64,000 nucleotides of DNA from an uncultured Candidatus Bathyarchaeia archaeon (GTDB lineage Archaea > Thermoproteota > Bathyarchaeia > RBG-16-48-13 > JAGMEO01). Made by a program: the position numbers and the translations under genes. This document shows positions 9,986-20,037 of this stretch, piece after piece (positions within the stretch are counted from its first letter, which is position 1; every line of letters begins with the position of its first letter). Where the stretch lies: contig CAZKBR010000001.1 of the NCBI GenBank assembly GCA_964551465.1, positions 11,768-75,767 of the forward strand, written 5' to 3'. The notes beneath the pieces were generated by a model that saw nothing but the letters and a program-made list of their open reading frames with translations, had not been told where the DNA came from and searched no databases.

Positions 9986-10642
9986 ATGAAAGACGAAAGG
10001 GCGGCTCTAATTCTAAAACGACTCAAAGAACGCTTTCCAACACCGAAAAACGCAGACAGATCACGAAGTCCGTTCCAAATTCTGGTACTCACAATCCTGT
10101 CTCAAAACACAAATGACAAAAACTCAAGAAAGGCATTTCAGAATCTTTCTTCCAGTTTCCCCATAACTCCAAAATCGTTAGCCAGTGCAGACGAAGAAGA
10201 CATCAGGAGGGCAATAAGGGTGGCCGGACTATGCCGCAACAAATCTAAGACCATTAAACATCTCGCAGAGGTAGTTTTGACTAATTTTAATGGCGATCTA
10301 ACGCCAGTCTTGAAAATGCCACTGGACCAAGCAAGAGAAAATCTATTGAATTTTCCAGGAGTCGGCCCAAAGACAGCAGATGTCTTCCTCTTATTTTGCG
10401 GCAACAAACCAACGATCCCCATAGATACACATGTTTTCAGAGTATCCAAAAGACTGGGCCTGTGTCATAAAGACGCTGATTATGAGGGAGTCCGTCGATC
10501 CTTACAAGAAATCTACCCACCAAATGAATACCTAGCACTCCACCTTTCGTTGATTTCACTTGGAAGAGCCTTGTGCAAGTCGAGAAAACCAGCATGTGAA
10601 AGTTGTCTCCTTCTGGACCTCTGCCCGTCTGGACACATGTAG
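9986..10642 (+). CDS. nth: Endonuclease III (HhH-GPD glycosylase with 4Fe-4S cluster)
   Basis: 218 aa. HhH GVGPKTADV. C-terminal Cys cluster C-x6-C-x2-C-x5-C (CKSRKPACESCLLLDLC). Confidence 0.85.
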   Translation: MKDERAALILKRLKERFPTPKNADRSRSPFQILVLTILSQNTNDKNSRKAFQNLSSSFPITPKSLASADEEDIRRAIRVAGLCRNKSKTIKHLAEVVLTNFNGDLTPVLKMPLDQARENLLNFPGVGPKTADVFLLFCGNKPTIPIDTHVFRVSKRLGLCHKDADYEGVRRSLQEIYPPNEYLALHLSLISLGRALCKSRKPACESCLLLDLCPSGHM

Positions 10643-10743
10643 GAAGTCAAGACAGAGTGGGCATATATCGATCGCGATCGATCATTGCGTGCGAAGAGAA
10701 ACAATTAGGTCATGTTCTAACAATAATTGGCTGAACACCTTTA

Positions 10744-12039
10744 CTACGAATATGATTGCTCACTCAGAAAACTTGTTGAGATTCCAAGTTCCCTTCCGTG
10801 ACGGTCAACCTTCACCTGACCAAACTGGACAATATCCACCTTTCCCCGGTATGAGGCATAAAGTTTTAGAAGCTTTTTTTCGTAATCTATCCCATGGATC
10901 GTGCCTAGACCCAAAAATTCTCTGTCGTCATTCAGCAGACCGACCATTAACCATTTCTCATCACTCTCATTTATCATTTGAAGCTTCTTTTGAAAAACCT
11001 CTTCAACAGCCTTAATCTTCTCGTTATCAACTATTTCTTTTCCTTTCAACACAGCGAAGACGCTGCTTGGGTTTTCTCTACAGAATAGAATTTTTCGCCC
11101 TAAAATCTGACTGAGTTTCAATTCTATATCGGAAGACGCACTTTCGAGGCCCAGAAAAGTGTTTTCAAGCTTCACCCAGCCCATGGGGACACTCCTTAAG
11201 GCAGCGTTCTTCAAAAGCTTTCTGTAACCCTGCTCTCGCAGAAACTTCCTCTCTTCCCTGCTCCGTTTCCTTATTGATGATGAGGGGTCTAATCGAAGAA
11301 GATATACCGCGTTCCCTTCAACAGATGTCAGTATATCCTCTAACTCACCGTCGATCTGTATACCGATCACAGCCTCTGGTAAAATGGTTTTTATCATTCT
11401 AACTTTGTATTCTCTAGCACCCTCGTCCTGAACCCAGCCGTCAGTGTTTATCACGATAAAATCGGAACCCATCTCTAAAGCTTTCGCTTTCAGTCTGGTT
11501 AACCCAGAGATAACATTGTCTGTCACACCATTTGGACTTGTGTTTCCTACAAAATACGTCGCCATAGCTCCCTCGAAGAAGAGGTCGGTGAAAGGTTTCT
11601 TAACCCGTCCTAATCCTATCGTCCCGGGTGGACCTAAATCCGACTGACCTAGATCCGCGTCAATGATCGATATTTCGGACGCTGATGTCAATGCATTATT
11701 TATCATAAACGTACAGAATGCCGTTTTACCACAGTCTACATCCCCAAGAATCATCACCGTGTAGGGTCTGGGCAACGATAATAGATACCTTACTGCTTCT
11801 CTCCAAGAGACGGGAATGGTGCTCCCGCCGACTTCTTCAATTTCGGATCTTCTGCCATCAACGATCTCAAGGACAGAGGAAACCTCTGCTTCAAAAGGAA
11901 GAGATTTTCCCTTTCTCACGATAACATTATCTTTGACAGATAACTTAGCTCCTAGAACGCTTACCTTGCCTTTTAAAAGCTTAACCGACGAGGGACCACT
12001 GACCAGAATTGTCCTATCTTTTTCCACAGACCTATTCAT
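10744..12039 (-). CDS. Clp1-like polynucleotide 5'-kinase (P-loop)
   Basis: 431 aa. Walker A GDVDCGKTAF. Architecture of archaeal Clp1 homologs. Confidence 0.55.
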   Translation of the reverse strand: MNRSVEKDRTILVSGPSSVKLLKGKVSVLGAKLSVKDNVIVRKGKSLPFEAEVSSVLEIVDGRRSEIEEVGGSTIPVSWREAVRYLLSLPRPYTVMILGDVDCGKTAFCTFMINNALTSASEISIIDADLGQSDLGPPGTIGLGRVKKPFTDLFFEGAMATYFVGNTSPNGVTDNVISGLTRLKAKALEMGSDFIVINTDGWVQDEGAREYKVRMIKTILPEAVIGIQIDGELEDILTSVEGNAVYLLRLDPSSSIRKRSREERKFLREQGYRKLLKNAALRSVPMGWVKLENTFLGLESASSDIELKLSQILGRKILFCRENPSSVFAVLKGKEIVDNEKIKAVEEVFQKKLQMINESDEKWLMVGLLNDDREFLGLGTIHGIDYEKKLLKLYASYRGKVDIVQFGQVKVDRHGRELGISTSFLSEQSYS

Positions 12040-12886
12040 GGCTCTTCCCCCTCGAAATCTCGGATCCTTTCCTCATTGATATCCTCACAGCGGACATGAT
12101 ATCACGCGTGGTGTGGCGATACTTTGACAGAGCCTCGCCGGTTCTTGTCGTTCCTTTCTCATTCACCAATTCCAATATGATGTCTAGTGGAAGGCATCTG
12201 TTTAGCTGTCTAACCAACTCTAGCTGATACTCCTTGGCGCCATTACCGATCTTTACCTTTTTCCTGTTCGCGTTTATCGCATTTAGGGCCTGCAGTATTC
12301 TTTGAGCTGCTTCTTCGGCATCAAAAACGTTCATTGACCTTAATATATTTCCGTCACCCATGACAGCTATGCCGAATGCCTTTCCTGGGTCAACACCCAC
12401 GATGACCTGATCGTATGTGGATTTATTACTGAGCATTTGAAGCGCCTTTTCTATAACATCCGTTGGATCGTCGTCCTCATAGTATACTAGAACCTTAGAG
12501 AAACGAACCTTCTTTTTTTCCTCATTCGTGGTGATCACAATCTTCACGGAAATCGGAATGGCATCCTCAGGCGTCAGGCTAACAAATGAAACCGCCCTCC
12601 TTGTTAACCCGTCAACCAGCCGATAGTACGCCTTTCCAGAAGTTGTGACGACAGCGATCTCTCCAAACACAATTAGACCCCGCATCTTTCTATCCTTACA
12701 CAATTTCCTACAAATGATGAGAGCAGCCATCAATTTTTCTATAAATCTTTGTCCAGTGTTTATAAGCTTCGACACAAAAGAAGACGTTAAATTTACATTA
12801 ATTGTTGTATAAGAATAGGTTTTTGTAGGGGACAAAAATGTTAAAGGAATCTCCAGTTGAACACATACAAACAAACTGCGGTGCAA
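12032..12886 (-). CDS. RNase H-fold (RuvC/YqgF-like) nuclease domain protein
   Basis: 284 aa. VGVDPGKAFGIAV signature of RuvC/YqgF-like resolvase folds. Family assignment uncertain. Confidence 0.35.
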   Translation of the reverse strand: MHRSLFVCVQLEIPLTFLSPTKTYSYTTINVNLTSSFVSKLINTGQRFIEKLMAALIICRKLCKDRKMRGLIVFGEIAVVTTSGKAYYRLVDGLTRRAVSFVSLTPEDAIPISVKIVITTNEEKKKVRFSKVLVYYEDDDPTDVIEKALQMLSNKSTYDQVIVGVDPGKAFGIAVMGDGNILRSMNVFDAEEAAQRILQALNAINANRKKVKIGNGAKEYQLELVRQLNRCLPLDIILELVNEKGTTRTGEALSKYRHTTRDIMSAVRISMRKGSEISRGKSHE

Positions 12887-13551
12887 TTGACAGAATCTTA
12901 GAAGGAGGAATTCCTAGGGGGTATATTACCCTCATCTATGGACCGTTCAAAACGGGAAAAACTACGCTAGCGATACAGTGTGCAGTCACCTGTGCAAGAC
13001 AAGGAAAGAAGACGCTGTTCATAGATGCCGATAACAGTTTTTCCACCACACGATTAACGCAGATTGCTGGATATGACCTCGAATCAGTTGCCCCGCTGAT
13101 AATACTCTTCAAACCTAGGAGCTTCCAAGAGCAGAGCACTCTTATCGAAAATCTGGAGAGCTTCATATCAAAAAAAGTTGCATTGATGGTGGTTGACACG
13201 GTAACATCTCTTTACAGAGTTGAATTAGGAGGAGTAGAAAAATCCTTCGCTCTGAATCGAACCTTAAACAGGCAACTTGCGTACCTAGTAAAAATAGCCA
13301 AAAAAGGCCACATCGCCCTGCTACTTACAAGCCAGGTTCACAGCGTGTTAAGTAGGGAAGGTGCTGGAAGAATAGAGCCTGTGGCTGAGAGGGTTTTGAA
13401 GTTCTGGTCCCAAAATATTTTGCGACTTGAACTCTCTCAGAATCCTCGTCTTCGAGAAGTTTTTCTGGAAAAGCACCTAGGGTTCAGATTCAAAGACATC
13501 CGCATCTTGTTCGCTTTAACGGAGGGCGGTGTAACAGATGTTGAGCGTTAG
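12838..13551 (+). CDS. radB: RadB-like RecA-family ATPase
   Basis: 237 aa. Walker A GPFKTGKT. Short RecA core without N-terminal HhH domain, typical of RadB/KaiC-like proteins. Confidence 0.65.
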   Translation: MLKESPVEHIQTNCGAIDRILEGGIPRGYITLIYGPFKTGKTTLAIQCAVTCARQGKKTLFIDADNSFSTTRLTQIAGYDLESVAPLIILFKPRSFQEQSTLIENLESFISKKVALMVVDTVTSLYRVELGGVEKSFALNRTLNRQLAYLVKIAKKGHIALLLTSQVHSVLSREGAGRIEPVAERVLKFWSQNILRLELSQNPRLREVFLEKHLGFRFKDIRILFALTEGGVTDVER

Positions 13552-13610
13552 TTTTACCTATTGATCAGCAAAGAACTTTGGAACTAAAAAGTGAAGTTTA
13601 GAGTGGTAAA

Positions 13611-14093
13611 ATGCGGGAAGCCCTTTACAAAGCTATTCATGTCTTTTACGCTTTTCTTCCAGCATACTTTGCCAACGCGACTCCAACCATATTTGGCGGA
13701 GGACCGCCAATAGATTTCAATCGCAATTTCACCGATGGACAGAGAATCTTCGGTGAGAATAAAACGATAAGGGGGTTTATCGCAGGATTGGCATTTGGAA
13801 CGACCGTCGGCATTATGGAAAAAGAAGTCTTGCGCGGTTTCCTCCTATCTCTTGGTGCACTAGTAGGGGATCTGGCGGGGGCATTCATCAAAAGGAGGGC
13901 AGGTCTGTCACCAGGCGCTCCTCTTCCGATCCTTGATCAGCTAGACTTTATTGCCGGAGCGCTCATTCTGAGCTCACGCGTTTTTACATACGACACCATT
14001 ACAATAATCTTCGTAATAGTAATAACCCTAATTTTACATGTGTTCACAAATGTGATAGCCTATTTCCTCAAAATAAAGAGGAAACCCTGGTAA
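13611..14093 (+). CDS. carS: Putative CDP-archaeol synthase (CarS/DUF46 membrane CTP-transferase)
   Basis: 160 aa polytopic membrane protein, size and hydropathy of CarS. The same window carries GGGP synthase. Confidence 0.45.
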   Translation: MREALYKAIHVFYAFLPAYFANATPTIFGGGPPIDFNRNFTDGQRIFGENKTIRGFIAGLAFGTTVGIMEKEVLRGFLLSLGALVGDLAGAFIKRRAGLSPGAPLPILDQLDFIAGALILSSRVFTYDTITIIFVIVITLILHVFTNVIAYFLKIKRKPW

Positions 14094-14111
14094 CTAGATG
14101 CCTCAACTGAA

Positions 14112-14588
14112 TTATGCTGACCGCTCTTTTTCGTAGAGTACATAAAGAAAAGCCATCAGCAACGCGACTAGCACCAAAAAATGTAATCCTGTGACTGTCA
14201 ACTCAACCGCAATTTTCTTGAGCAAAAATATGTACTGGCATCCGATGAAGGATGTAAGTAGCAGGGCCACCCCTATCAGGAGTAACATTGCCGCCTGCCT
14301 AGGCTTATAGGCGTAACGAGTACTCTTATAGGAAACGAACACACCAGCAAAGCCTACCGCAAACAGAATGATTGCCACTATACTCTCAAACCACGACTGA
14401 TCCTGCAACCCATAACTATAACCAATGATCGGAGGGCTCATCATTATGTTGTAGACGCCGCCGGCGAGCAGGAAGATGGATATTGCGATCAGAAGAACGA
14501 TTGTAACTATGGCTGGAGGCTTCACCGACACGCGAGGGAGACGCATCTCTCTTAACCTGCTAATGATCCTTTTGACGATGGAAGCCAT
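14112..14588 (-). CDS. Hypothetical membrane protein
   Basis: 158 aa with 4-5 predicted TM helices. Confidence 0.3.
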   Translation of the reverse strand: MASIVKRIISRLREMRLPRVSVKPPAIVTIVLLIAISIFLLAGGVYNIMMSPPIIGYSYGLQDQSWFESIVAIILFAVGFAGVFVSYKSTRYAYKPRQAAMLLLIGVALLLTSFIGCQYIFLLKKIAVELTVTGLHFLVLVALLMAFLYVLYEKERSA

Positions 14589-14789
14589 GCCTATTCACTT
14601 TCCGTTGTGGGCATAGTTTGGTATATCTTAACTCAAATACTAGTATTCTGTTTTCTCCGTTTTATATCTAAATGTGCACCAATTTAAATCAGACTAATCT
14701 GTTGAAAACTTTTCTTATCTTCTCCATGCATAGCTAAACATTTAATACACCAATTCTTCACTTATATCTGATATGGAGGATCTTCTTTA

Positions 14790-14957
14790 GTGCCACAACG
14801 AATCGTTTGCACGAAGTGTGGTGAAGTTCTTTACAGCGGTTTAGAACTCCTACCTCCTGAGGACGTTATCCGAAAGCATAGTGGAAAATGCCCAAGATGC
14901 GGTAGCAAATTACGCTTTAAATCTAAGAACTTGGAAATCAAAATCTATAAGAAATAA
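14790..14957 (+). CDS. Small zinc-ribbon protein (unannotated micro-ORF, GTG start)
   Basis: 55 aa, VPQRIVCTKCGEVLYSG...GKCPRCGSKLRF. Two CxxC pairs. Sits 20 bp upstream of aglB on the same strand. Absent from the ORF track because it is under 60 aa and starts with GTG. Confidence 0.4.
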   Translation: MPQRIVCTKCGEVLYSGLELLPPEDVIRKHSGKCPRCGSKLRFKSKNLEIKIYKK

Positions 14958-14979
14958 GCATTGATGAGGCTACTAACAA

Positions 14980-17151
14980 ATGTCCAGTATACTCAAGAGA
15001 GTCGGGGAAGCATTAGGCAAGAGCACACCATTCTTTTCTCGAAGCATTAGGTATCTTAACAGAAAAATCTCAAGAGGAGACATAGCTTGGTTTCTGTGCG
15101 TTTCATCATCCGTAGCTATATCCGTCCTCATCCGTTTGCTTCCCCTGAACTGGGGATTTTCCCTCTCCGAATTTGACCCGTACTTCAATTACGATGTGAC
15201 CAGATTTGTTGCCGAAAAAGGCTTCTCAGCTTTTTACACAACGCCGCCTAGCGATTGGATGAGGTACTGGTACCCATACGGAAGAGATGTGCCACGCTCG
15301 TCCTTTCTAGGAATTCCATTTGCAGGAGCCGCCTTGTATTTCTTTGTATCAGCGCTCGGGATCTCAGTAAGTGTGCTGGATGTCTGTATACTCTTTCCAG
15401 TGGTTATGGCCGCAGCAACATGCGTCGTGGCGTATTTCTTGGGGAAGGACATCGGTGGCAAGGCGGTTGGCCTATTCTTTTCGCTCTTGCTTGCTGTGAA
15501 CCCGGCGTACATAGGACGAACTACACTCGGATTCTATGACGACGAGACAGTGGGCATCCTAGCCATGCTTCTCACATCTCTTTTCTTCCTACGTTCATTG
15601 GAGCCGAAAAAAGCAACTAAGGCTGGATTTTTGCAACTTGTTTGGACTGAGATTAAATCATTTAGAACCATTTATGCTGTCCTTGCTGGGCTCTCACTCG
15701 GCTATCTCTGCTTGTCTTGGGGAGCCTCCCTCTATATGCTCGGGCTTCTATCTTTGTTTACGTTTGCTTTGATAATCTTAAGGAAGTCCTCTCTGCGACT
15801 TATTATATCGTACATCACCATATTTGGGGTATGTGGTGTCTTGATATGGCTTTTTGCAACAAAAGCTGGTTATACCATTAGTAGTTTTCTAACGTCTTTC
15901 GAGTTTCTAGCTGCGATTGGTGTGCTTCTGCTACTGATTATGTTTGAGGCCGTAAAATTCATCAAAACTACCCGAGCCAGAATTACTCTTGTGGTCGGAT
16001 CCTTCATAGCGATAGGTTTGGCCGGGTATCTTCTTTGGCAATATAATTACATTTCACTTCCAGCTGCTAGGTTTATATCGGTTCTCAACCCGTTTGAACG
16101 GTTCAGCCAGCCAATCATAGAGTCTGTCCAAGAGCACAGAGCAGCAACATGGAGTGCAATATACTATGAGTTTGGTGTGGTCGTGTTCTTGGCTCTGTTG
16201 GGCTTGTATTTTGCTGCTAGGAACTTGACAAATCAAAACGTATTTTTGATAGTATACACACTCACATCCCTGTATTTTGCTGGTTCAATGATTCGACTAG
16301 CTGTAGTTCTGGCCCCTGCGCTTTGTGCGTTGGGCTCTTTGGCCATAGTTGAGGCCCTGAAGCCCTTTGTGGACATAGCTATGGAGAGGCCGTTTGCAAG
16401 GAGGAGGGTACGTTTCGCGCCAGTTCGCCCTGTTGGTAAGGGTTTTAGTTTGAGCTTTGCAATCATTCTATTCTTATTGCTGTCACTGACTTTGATGAAT
16501 GGGGTAGAAGCTGGTTATATGCCAACTACGATGGCCTCCTCATCCATGCCCGTGCGCGCGAACATTGATGACTGGCAGGAAGCCCTAGGTTGGATGAGGG
16601 AAAGCCTCCCAAGCGACGCTGTCGTCGTCTCCTGGTGGGACTATGGATACTGGATTTCAGTCGGTGCAAACAAGTCCACTTTAGCAGACAATGGAACATT
16701 GAACACAACGCAGATCGCTCAAATTGGTCGAATGTTCATGTCGAATGAGACGCAGGCACTAACCATTCTTAAGAATTTCAAGGCGACGCACGTTGTTGTT
16801 TTTACCACAATCGGTCTTTCCCTATTGGCGAGACAAACAATCTTGTACGGTGATGAGGTGAAGTGGACTTGGATGGCGGAGATAGCTGGACTAAATTCAA
16901 CAGAGTTGAGTGATAAATCGATCACTGAGCAGCTTGGTTTCAGTGGATTTTACATCCCTAAGGCAGACACGGTGCTCACAAAACTCATGGTTTACGGAGC
17001 CTTAGTTGACCCAAATATACAAAGCACATTGTACAACGCGGGCATCCCGATATATGACATATTGAGTCAAGTGGAGCCGGCACACTTCAAACCAGTCTTC
17101 ATCTCTTCAAATCGCATAGTGTTTGTCTATGAAGTGGAATACGGAACCTGA
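14980..17151 (+). CDS. aglB: Archaeal oligosaccharyltransferase AglB (STT3 family)
   Basis: 723 aa. About 13 TM helices. Canonical WWDYGYWI motif. Confidence 0.85.
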   Translation: MSSILKRVGEALGKSTPFFSRSIRYLNRKISRGDIAWFLCVSSSVAISVLIRLLPLNWGFSLSEFDPYFNYDVTRFVAEKGFSAFYTTPPSDWMRYWYPYGRDVPRSSFLGIPFAGAALYFFVSALGISVSVLDVCILFPVVMAAATCVVAYFLGKDIGGKAVGLFFSLLLAVNPAYIGRTTLGFYDDETVGILAMLLTSLFFLRSLEPKKATKAGFLQLVWTEIKSFRTIYAVLAGLSLGYLCLSWGASLYMLGLLSLFTFALIILRKSSLRLIISYITIFGVCGVLIWLFATKAGYTISSFLTSFEFLAAIGVLLLLIMFEAVKFIKTTRARITLVVGSFIAIGLAGYLLWQYNYISLPAARFISVLNPFERFSQPIIESVQEHRAATWSAIYYEFGVVVFLALLGLYFAARNLTNQNVFLIVYTLTSLYFAGSMIRLAVVLAPALCALGSLAIVEALKPFVDIAMERPFARRRVRFAPVRPVGKGFSLSFAIILFLLLSLTLMNGVEAGYMPTTMASSSMPVRANIDDWQEALGWMRESLPSDAVVVSWWDYGYWISVGANKSTLADNGTLNTTQIAQIGRMFMSNETQALTILKNFKATHVVVFTTIGLSLLARQTILYGDEVKWTWMAEIAGLNSTELSDKSITEQLGFSGFYIPKADTVLTKLMVYGALVDPNIQSTLYNAGIPIYDILSQVEPAHFKPVFISSNRIVFVYEVEYGT

Positions 17152-17168
17152 GGACAAGACTGGAAGGA

Positions 17169-17942
17169 TTAGCTGATGTAAGGAATTTTTTCTCTCTCCG
17201 TCTTGCGTGAGGCTGTTTCAAACATCTCCATTCTCTTCTGGATTTCAGCCAATCTATTAGTGACCTCATCTGACTTTTCGATGACTTCATCTAGCTCTTT
17301 TAAGTCAATTTTAATGCCGAGAATTTCACGAAGCACCATTAGAACACTCTTTGCAGCTCTTGGATCAGGCACATATCCTGTGGTTTCGCCCAAGAGACAT
17401 GTAGCGTCTATCCCCCTAATTCTCGCTAGTCCCAAAAAGAGACCAGCAGCGCCAACGATCGGGTTGCCCGTCGGGCTAGGGATCGCACCTGCCTTTAACA
17501 CCTTTCTTTGAAGCACAGGGCTCGTGGAAGCACATATCACTCGGAGTTTTCCCCCTTCCCACGCTGAATAGTATCCTCCTATCGTGACTATTGTCCTAAC
17601 CCCGTATTTTTGGACAAAGTCCAAAATCTTGCTCACCATTTCATACTGACCGTTAATTGTTTGAGCTTGACCGTCCCCTGTCAGGAGGATCAAATCGTTG
17701 CCACCATTTCCCCTCAAAAAGTAAAACTCCGCTCGCAGAAGGCTAACATTTCCATCCTTATCAACAATGACGTGATGCGGAAAGAACGGAGAATACAACT
17801 CCGCAAACTTTCTTGCTTTCAATTTTTTCATTACATAGGAAATGGCAATTGCCCCTACGGACCCTAATCCTGGAAGTCCCTCCACCAGAATCGGGTTTAT
17901 GAGTTCAACCTTCATTTTAGCGTATATCGTTGTTTGTATCAC
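17169..17942 (-). CDS. PAC2-family protein (proteasome assembly chaperone-like, COG1938)
   Basis: 257 aa. N-terminal LVEGLPGLGSVGAIA motif of PAC2/PbaA-like proteins. Confidence 0.45.
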   Translation of the reverse strand: MIQTTIYAKMKVELINPILVEGLPGLGSVGAIAISYVMKKLKARKFAELYSPFFPHHVIVDKDGNVSLLRAEFYFLRGNGGNDLILLTGDGQAQTINGQYEMVSKILDFVQKYGVRTIVTIGGYYSAWEGGKLRVICASTSPVLQRKVLKAGAIPSPTGNPIVGAAGLFLGLARIRGIDATCLLGETTGYVPDPRAAKSVLMVLREILGIKIDLKELDEVIEKSDEVTNRLAEIQKRMEMFETASRKTEREKIPYIS

Positions 17943-18120
17943 TTCGGATTCTCCTTTTCATAAACCCTCTGTACCTCAGGTACTTGTCATCTATTGAAAA
18001 ACTGGCTGGATGCGGAATTCGCACCTCTCCCCCACAGTATGGGCACCTGTCCTTATGTAGGGTGTACCTTCCACATATTCTGCATCTTCTGAGGAGTTGC
18101 TTCACCTTTCTTGGCCTCAC
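17917..18120 (-). CDS. nop10: H/ACA RNP protein Nop10
   Basis: 67 aa. CRICGRYTL...CPYCGGEV zinc ribbon with conserved PxRFS-like tail. Confidence 0.8.
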   Translation of the reverse strand: MRPRKVKQLLRRCRICGRYTLHKDRCPYCGGEVRIPHPASFSIDDKYLRYRGFMKRRIRSDTNNDIR

Positions 18121-18911
18121 ACCTCGCGTTTGAAGCTCCCTTCACCACCAGCAGCTTTGATTCCTTTTAAGGCGATCTGGACTGCCGTCTCCAAAACCCT
18201 TTCTGCATCCCTATAATTCTTGGACGACACCTCGATTCTGTACCTTGGAGCACCTAGGACGTAAGTCTTCACGCTCGTTCCCTCAGGTCTTTCCACGCTT
18301 GAGGTCTTCTTAAACACTCTGCGTATGCGCTCGGCTCCGTCGGGTTTTCTGCACGAAATGCTAAGAACGCCCCTGACCTTAACTTTCGGTACTCTAATTT
18401 TCTCCCTAGCCATCTCGGATAAGACCTTGGCCCAACCCTCAGGAACACCGGCCTCCAGTAGGGCTGCTTCCCCTTTCTCATGCGCTTCTTCAAACCCAAG
18501 GTACATGCTTCCGTAATGCGCTTCTATCTTGGAACCAACATTCTTATAGGCCTCGTCTAGATTGGCGCTCATTTTCTCAGACGCTGCTCTCAGAATAGCC
18601 ATGCCCTTTCTCTCGCGTTTCCACTCAAGCAGCTTTGCACTACGCTCTCTTGCGGTGACCCTCCTCAACGAGAGGTCCACGTGCCCTCTCTTTGCATCTA
18701 CCCTCATGACCTTTAGGACCACTTTTTGGCCTTCCCTGACGTGGTCCCTGATGTTTTTCACCCACCTCGAAGAAAGTTCTGAAATGTGCAAAAGCCCTCC
18801 TTCGATGTTGTACTCATCGAGGGTGACGTATGCTCCGTATGGGACTATTTGAGTGACCGTGCTGATCACGAAGTCTCCGACTTCGGGCCACTCTGTGCTC
18901 TTACGCGGCAT
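18117..18911 (-). CDS. eif2a: Translation initiation factor 2 alpha subunit
   Basis: 264 aa. N-terminal S1 domain GDFVISTV. Conserved position upstream of nop10. Confidence 0.85.
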   Translation of the reverse strand: MPRKSTEWPEVGDFVISTVTQIVPYGAYVTLDEYNIEGGLLHISELSSRWVKNIRDHVREGQKVVLKVMRVDAKRGHVDLSLRRVTARERSAKLLEWKRERKGMAILRAASEKMSANLDEAYKNVGSKIEAHYGSMYLGFEEAHEKGEAALLEAGVPEGWAKVLSEMAREKIRVPKVKVRGVLSISCRKPDGAERIRRVFKKTSSVERPEGTSVKTYVLGAPRYRIEVSSKNYRDAERVLETAVQIALKGIKAAGGEGSFKREV

Positions 18912-18965
18912 CGTATATTCTCTCCTTCAGATCATAATGATGAACGAAGAAGATGTAAGGGAGTC

Positions 18966-19166
18966 CTACCCTAATATTTTTAGTGCTTCTCCCCGAATCT
19001 TTGCTTTACCACCTGAGGGCTCAGCTAAGACCTCTCCGCAGACGGCACACTTTACAACTGTCGCGGCGCTATCGAAGACCACCTGCTCATTTCCACAGCT
19101 TAGGCATCTTACCAGAATGAAGTTGCTCTTAGATTTTGGTGTGAGACGTTCCGTTTCGCTCATCAT
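18966..19166 (-). CDS. rps27e: 30S ribosomal protein S27e
   Basis: 66 aa C4 zinc finger, VRCLSCGNEQVVF...CAVCG. Confidence 0.85.
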   Translation of the reverse strand: MMSETERLTPKSKSNFILVRCLSCGNEQVVFDSAATVVKCAVCGEVLAEPSGGKAKIRGEALKILG

Positions 19167-19174
19167 GGACCCAG

Positions 19175-19453
19175 CTAAGCTTTTATCTCAATTTTCTTCG
19201 CTCTTGTTCCTGCCCTCTGGATTGTGTATCCACAGACCTTACACTTCAGCTTTAAACTCTGTTTTTTAGTCGTTTTGGCTGTTTTCCTCTGCTTGGGTTT
19301 CTTCTGTCCACCGTATCCTTTCTGTTTTCGACTGTATCTCCTCGCTCCCTCGGCTAGCACACGGTCCTTCCCCTTCTTATACAATGCAACGGTGTGTTCT
19401 GTGTGCTTGTTACACCGGGGACAGTAGGTCACCGAGACTTTTGGCGTCTTCAT
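19175..19453 (-). CDS. rpl44e: 50S ribosomal protein L44e
   Basis: 92 aa. CPRC...CKVCGY zinc ribbon. Lys-rich. Confidence 0.85.
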   Translation of the reverse strand: MKTPKVSVTYCPRCNKHTEHTVALYKKGKDRVLAEGARRYSRKQKGYGGQKKPKQRKTAKTTKKQSLKLKCKVCGYTIQRAGTRAKKIEIKA

Positions 19454-19454
19454 C

Positions 19455-20009
19455 TTACGTTTCCACCCTTACTGCCACTCCCTTGCTTATTAATATTCGG
19501 GCGTTCTCGATAGGCAACGATGCTATGTCCTCCGCCTTAAATGGACCATAGGTCTTCATGTTTGCACCTACTATGGCGGGTATCCCTTCAATAAACCTCA
19601 CTACTATCCTTTTTGGTGTTTCTGTAGGTTCCTCCTCCACACGCAACTGCCGCCCTGCAAGAACATCCTTCAGAAGCCTGTTGGAAGAGTCTGTGACCGA
19701 CATCAGGCGATCATATACATGCTTTTCCTCTGGCGCGAGCACATCTTTGGCCAACATCCCACCTTTCAAGATTATTCCTAGGATCTTTCTATAGCGGATG
19801 TGGATCATGTTCCTAGTCATCCTTCTCGCGTTTTCACTCTCCCTGTTTATCAGTTTTGCCCTAATCGTTTCCTCATCCAGCATGCGTCTCTCTTCTTGGA
19901 GTTTTTTTAAATATAGACTAAGCTCACTGTAGAACTCCTTTGGTAAGGGTTGCAGCTCGTTTTTTCCCTTCTCGCTCTTCCACGCGTAGTACAGATCCTT
20001 ATACTCCAA
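19455..20009 (-). CDS. gins15: GINS subunit (Gins15/Gins51-type)
   Basis: 184 aa helical protein immediately downstream of priS on the same strand, the conserved archaeal priS-gins15 arrangement. Confidence 0.55.
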   Translation of the reverse strand: MEYKDLYYAWKSEKGKNELQPLPKEFYSELSLYLKKLQEERRMLDEETIRAKLINRESENARRMTRNMIHIRYRKILGIILKGGMLAKDVLAPEEKHVYDRLMSVTDSSNRLLKDVLAGRQLRVEEEPTETPKRIVVRFIEGIPAIVGANMKTYGPFKAEDIASLPIENARILISKGVAVRVET

Positions 20010-20037
20010 ACCTTTCCTCTACCACTTTCTCTTTCAA

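Noticed and set aside
18911-19016. Candidate C/D-box sRNA (AATGATGA at 18936 with a downstream CTGA)
   Set aside because: The D-box candidate falls inside the S27e coding region about 80 nt away. No terminal stem or C'/D' boxes are evident, so the evidence is insufficient.
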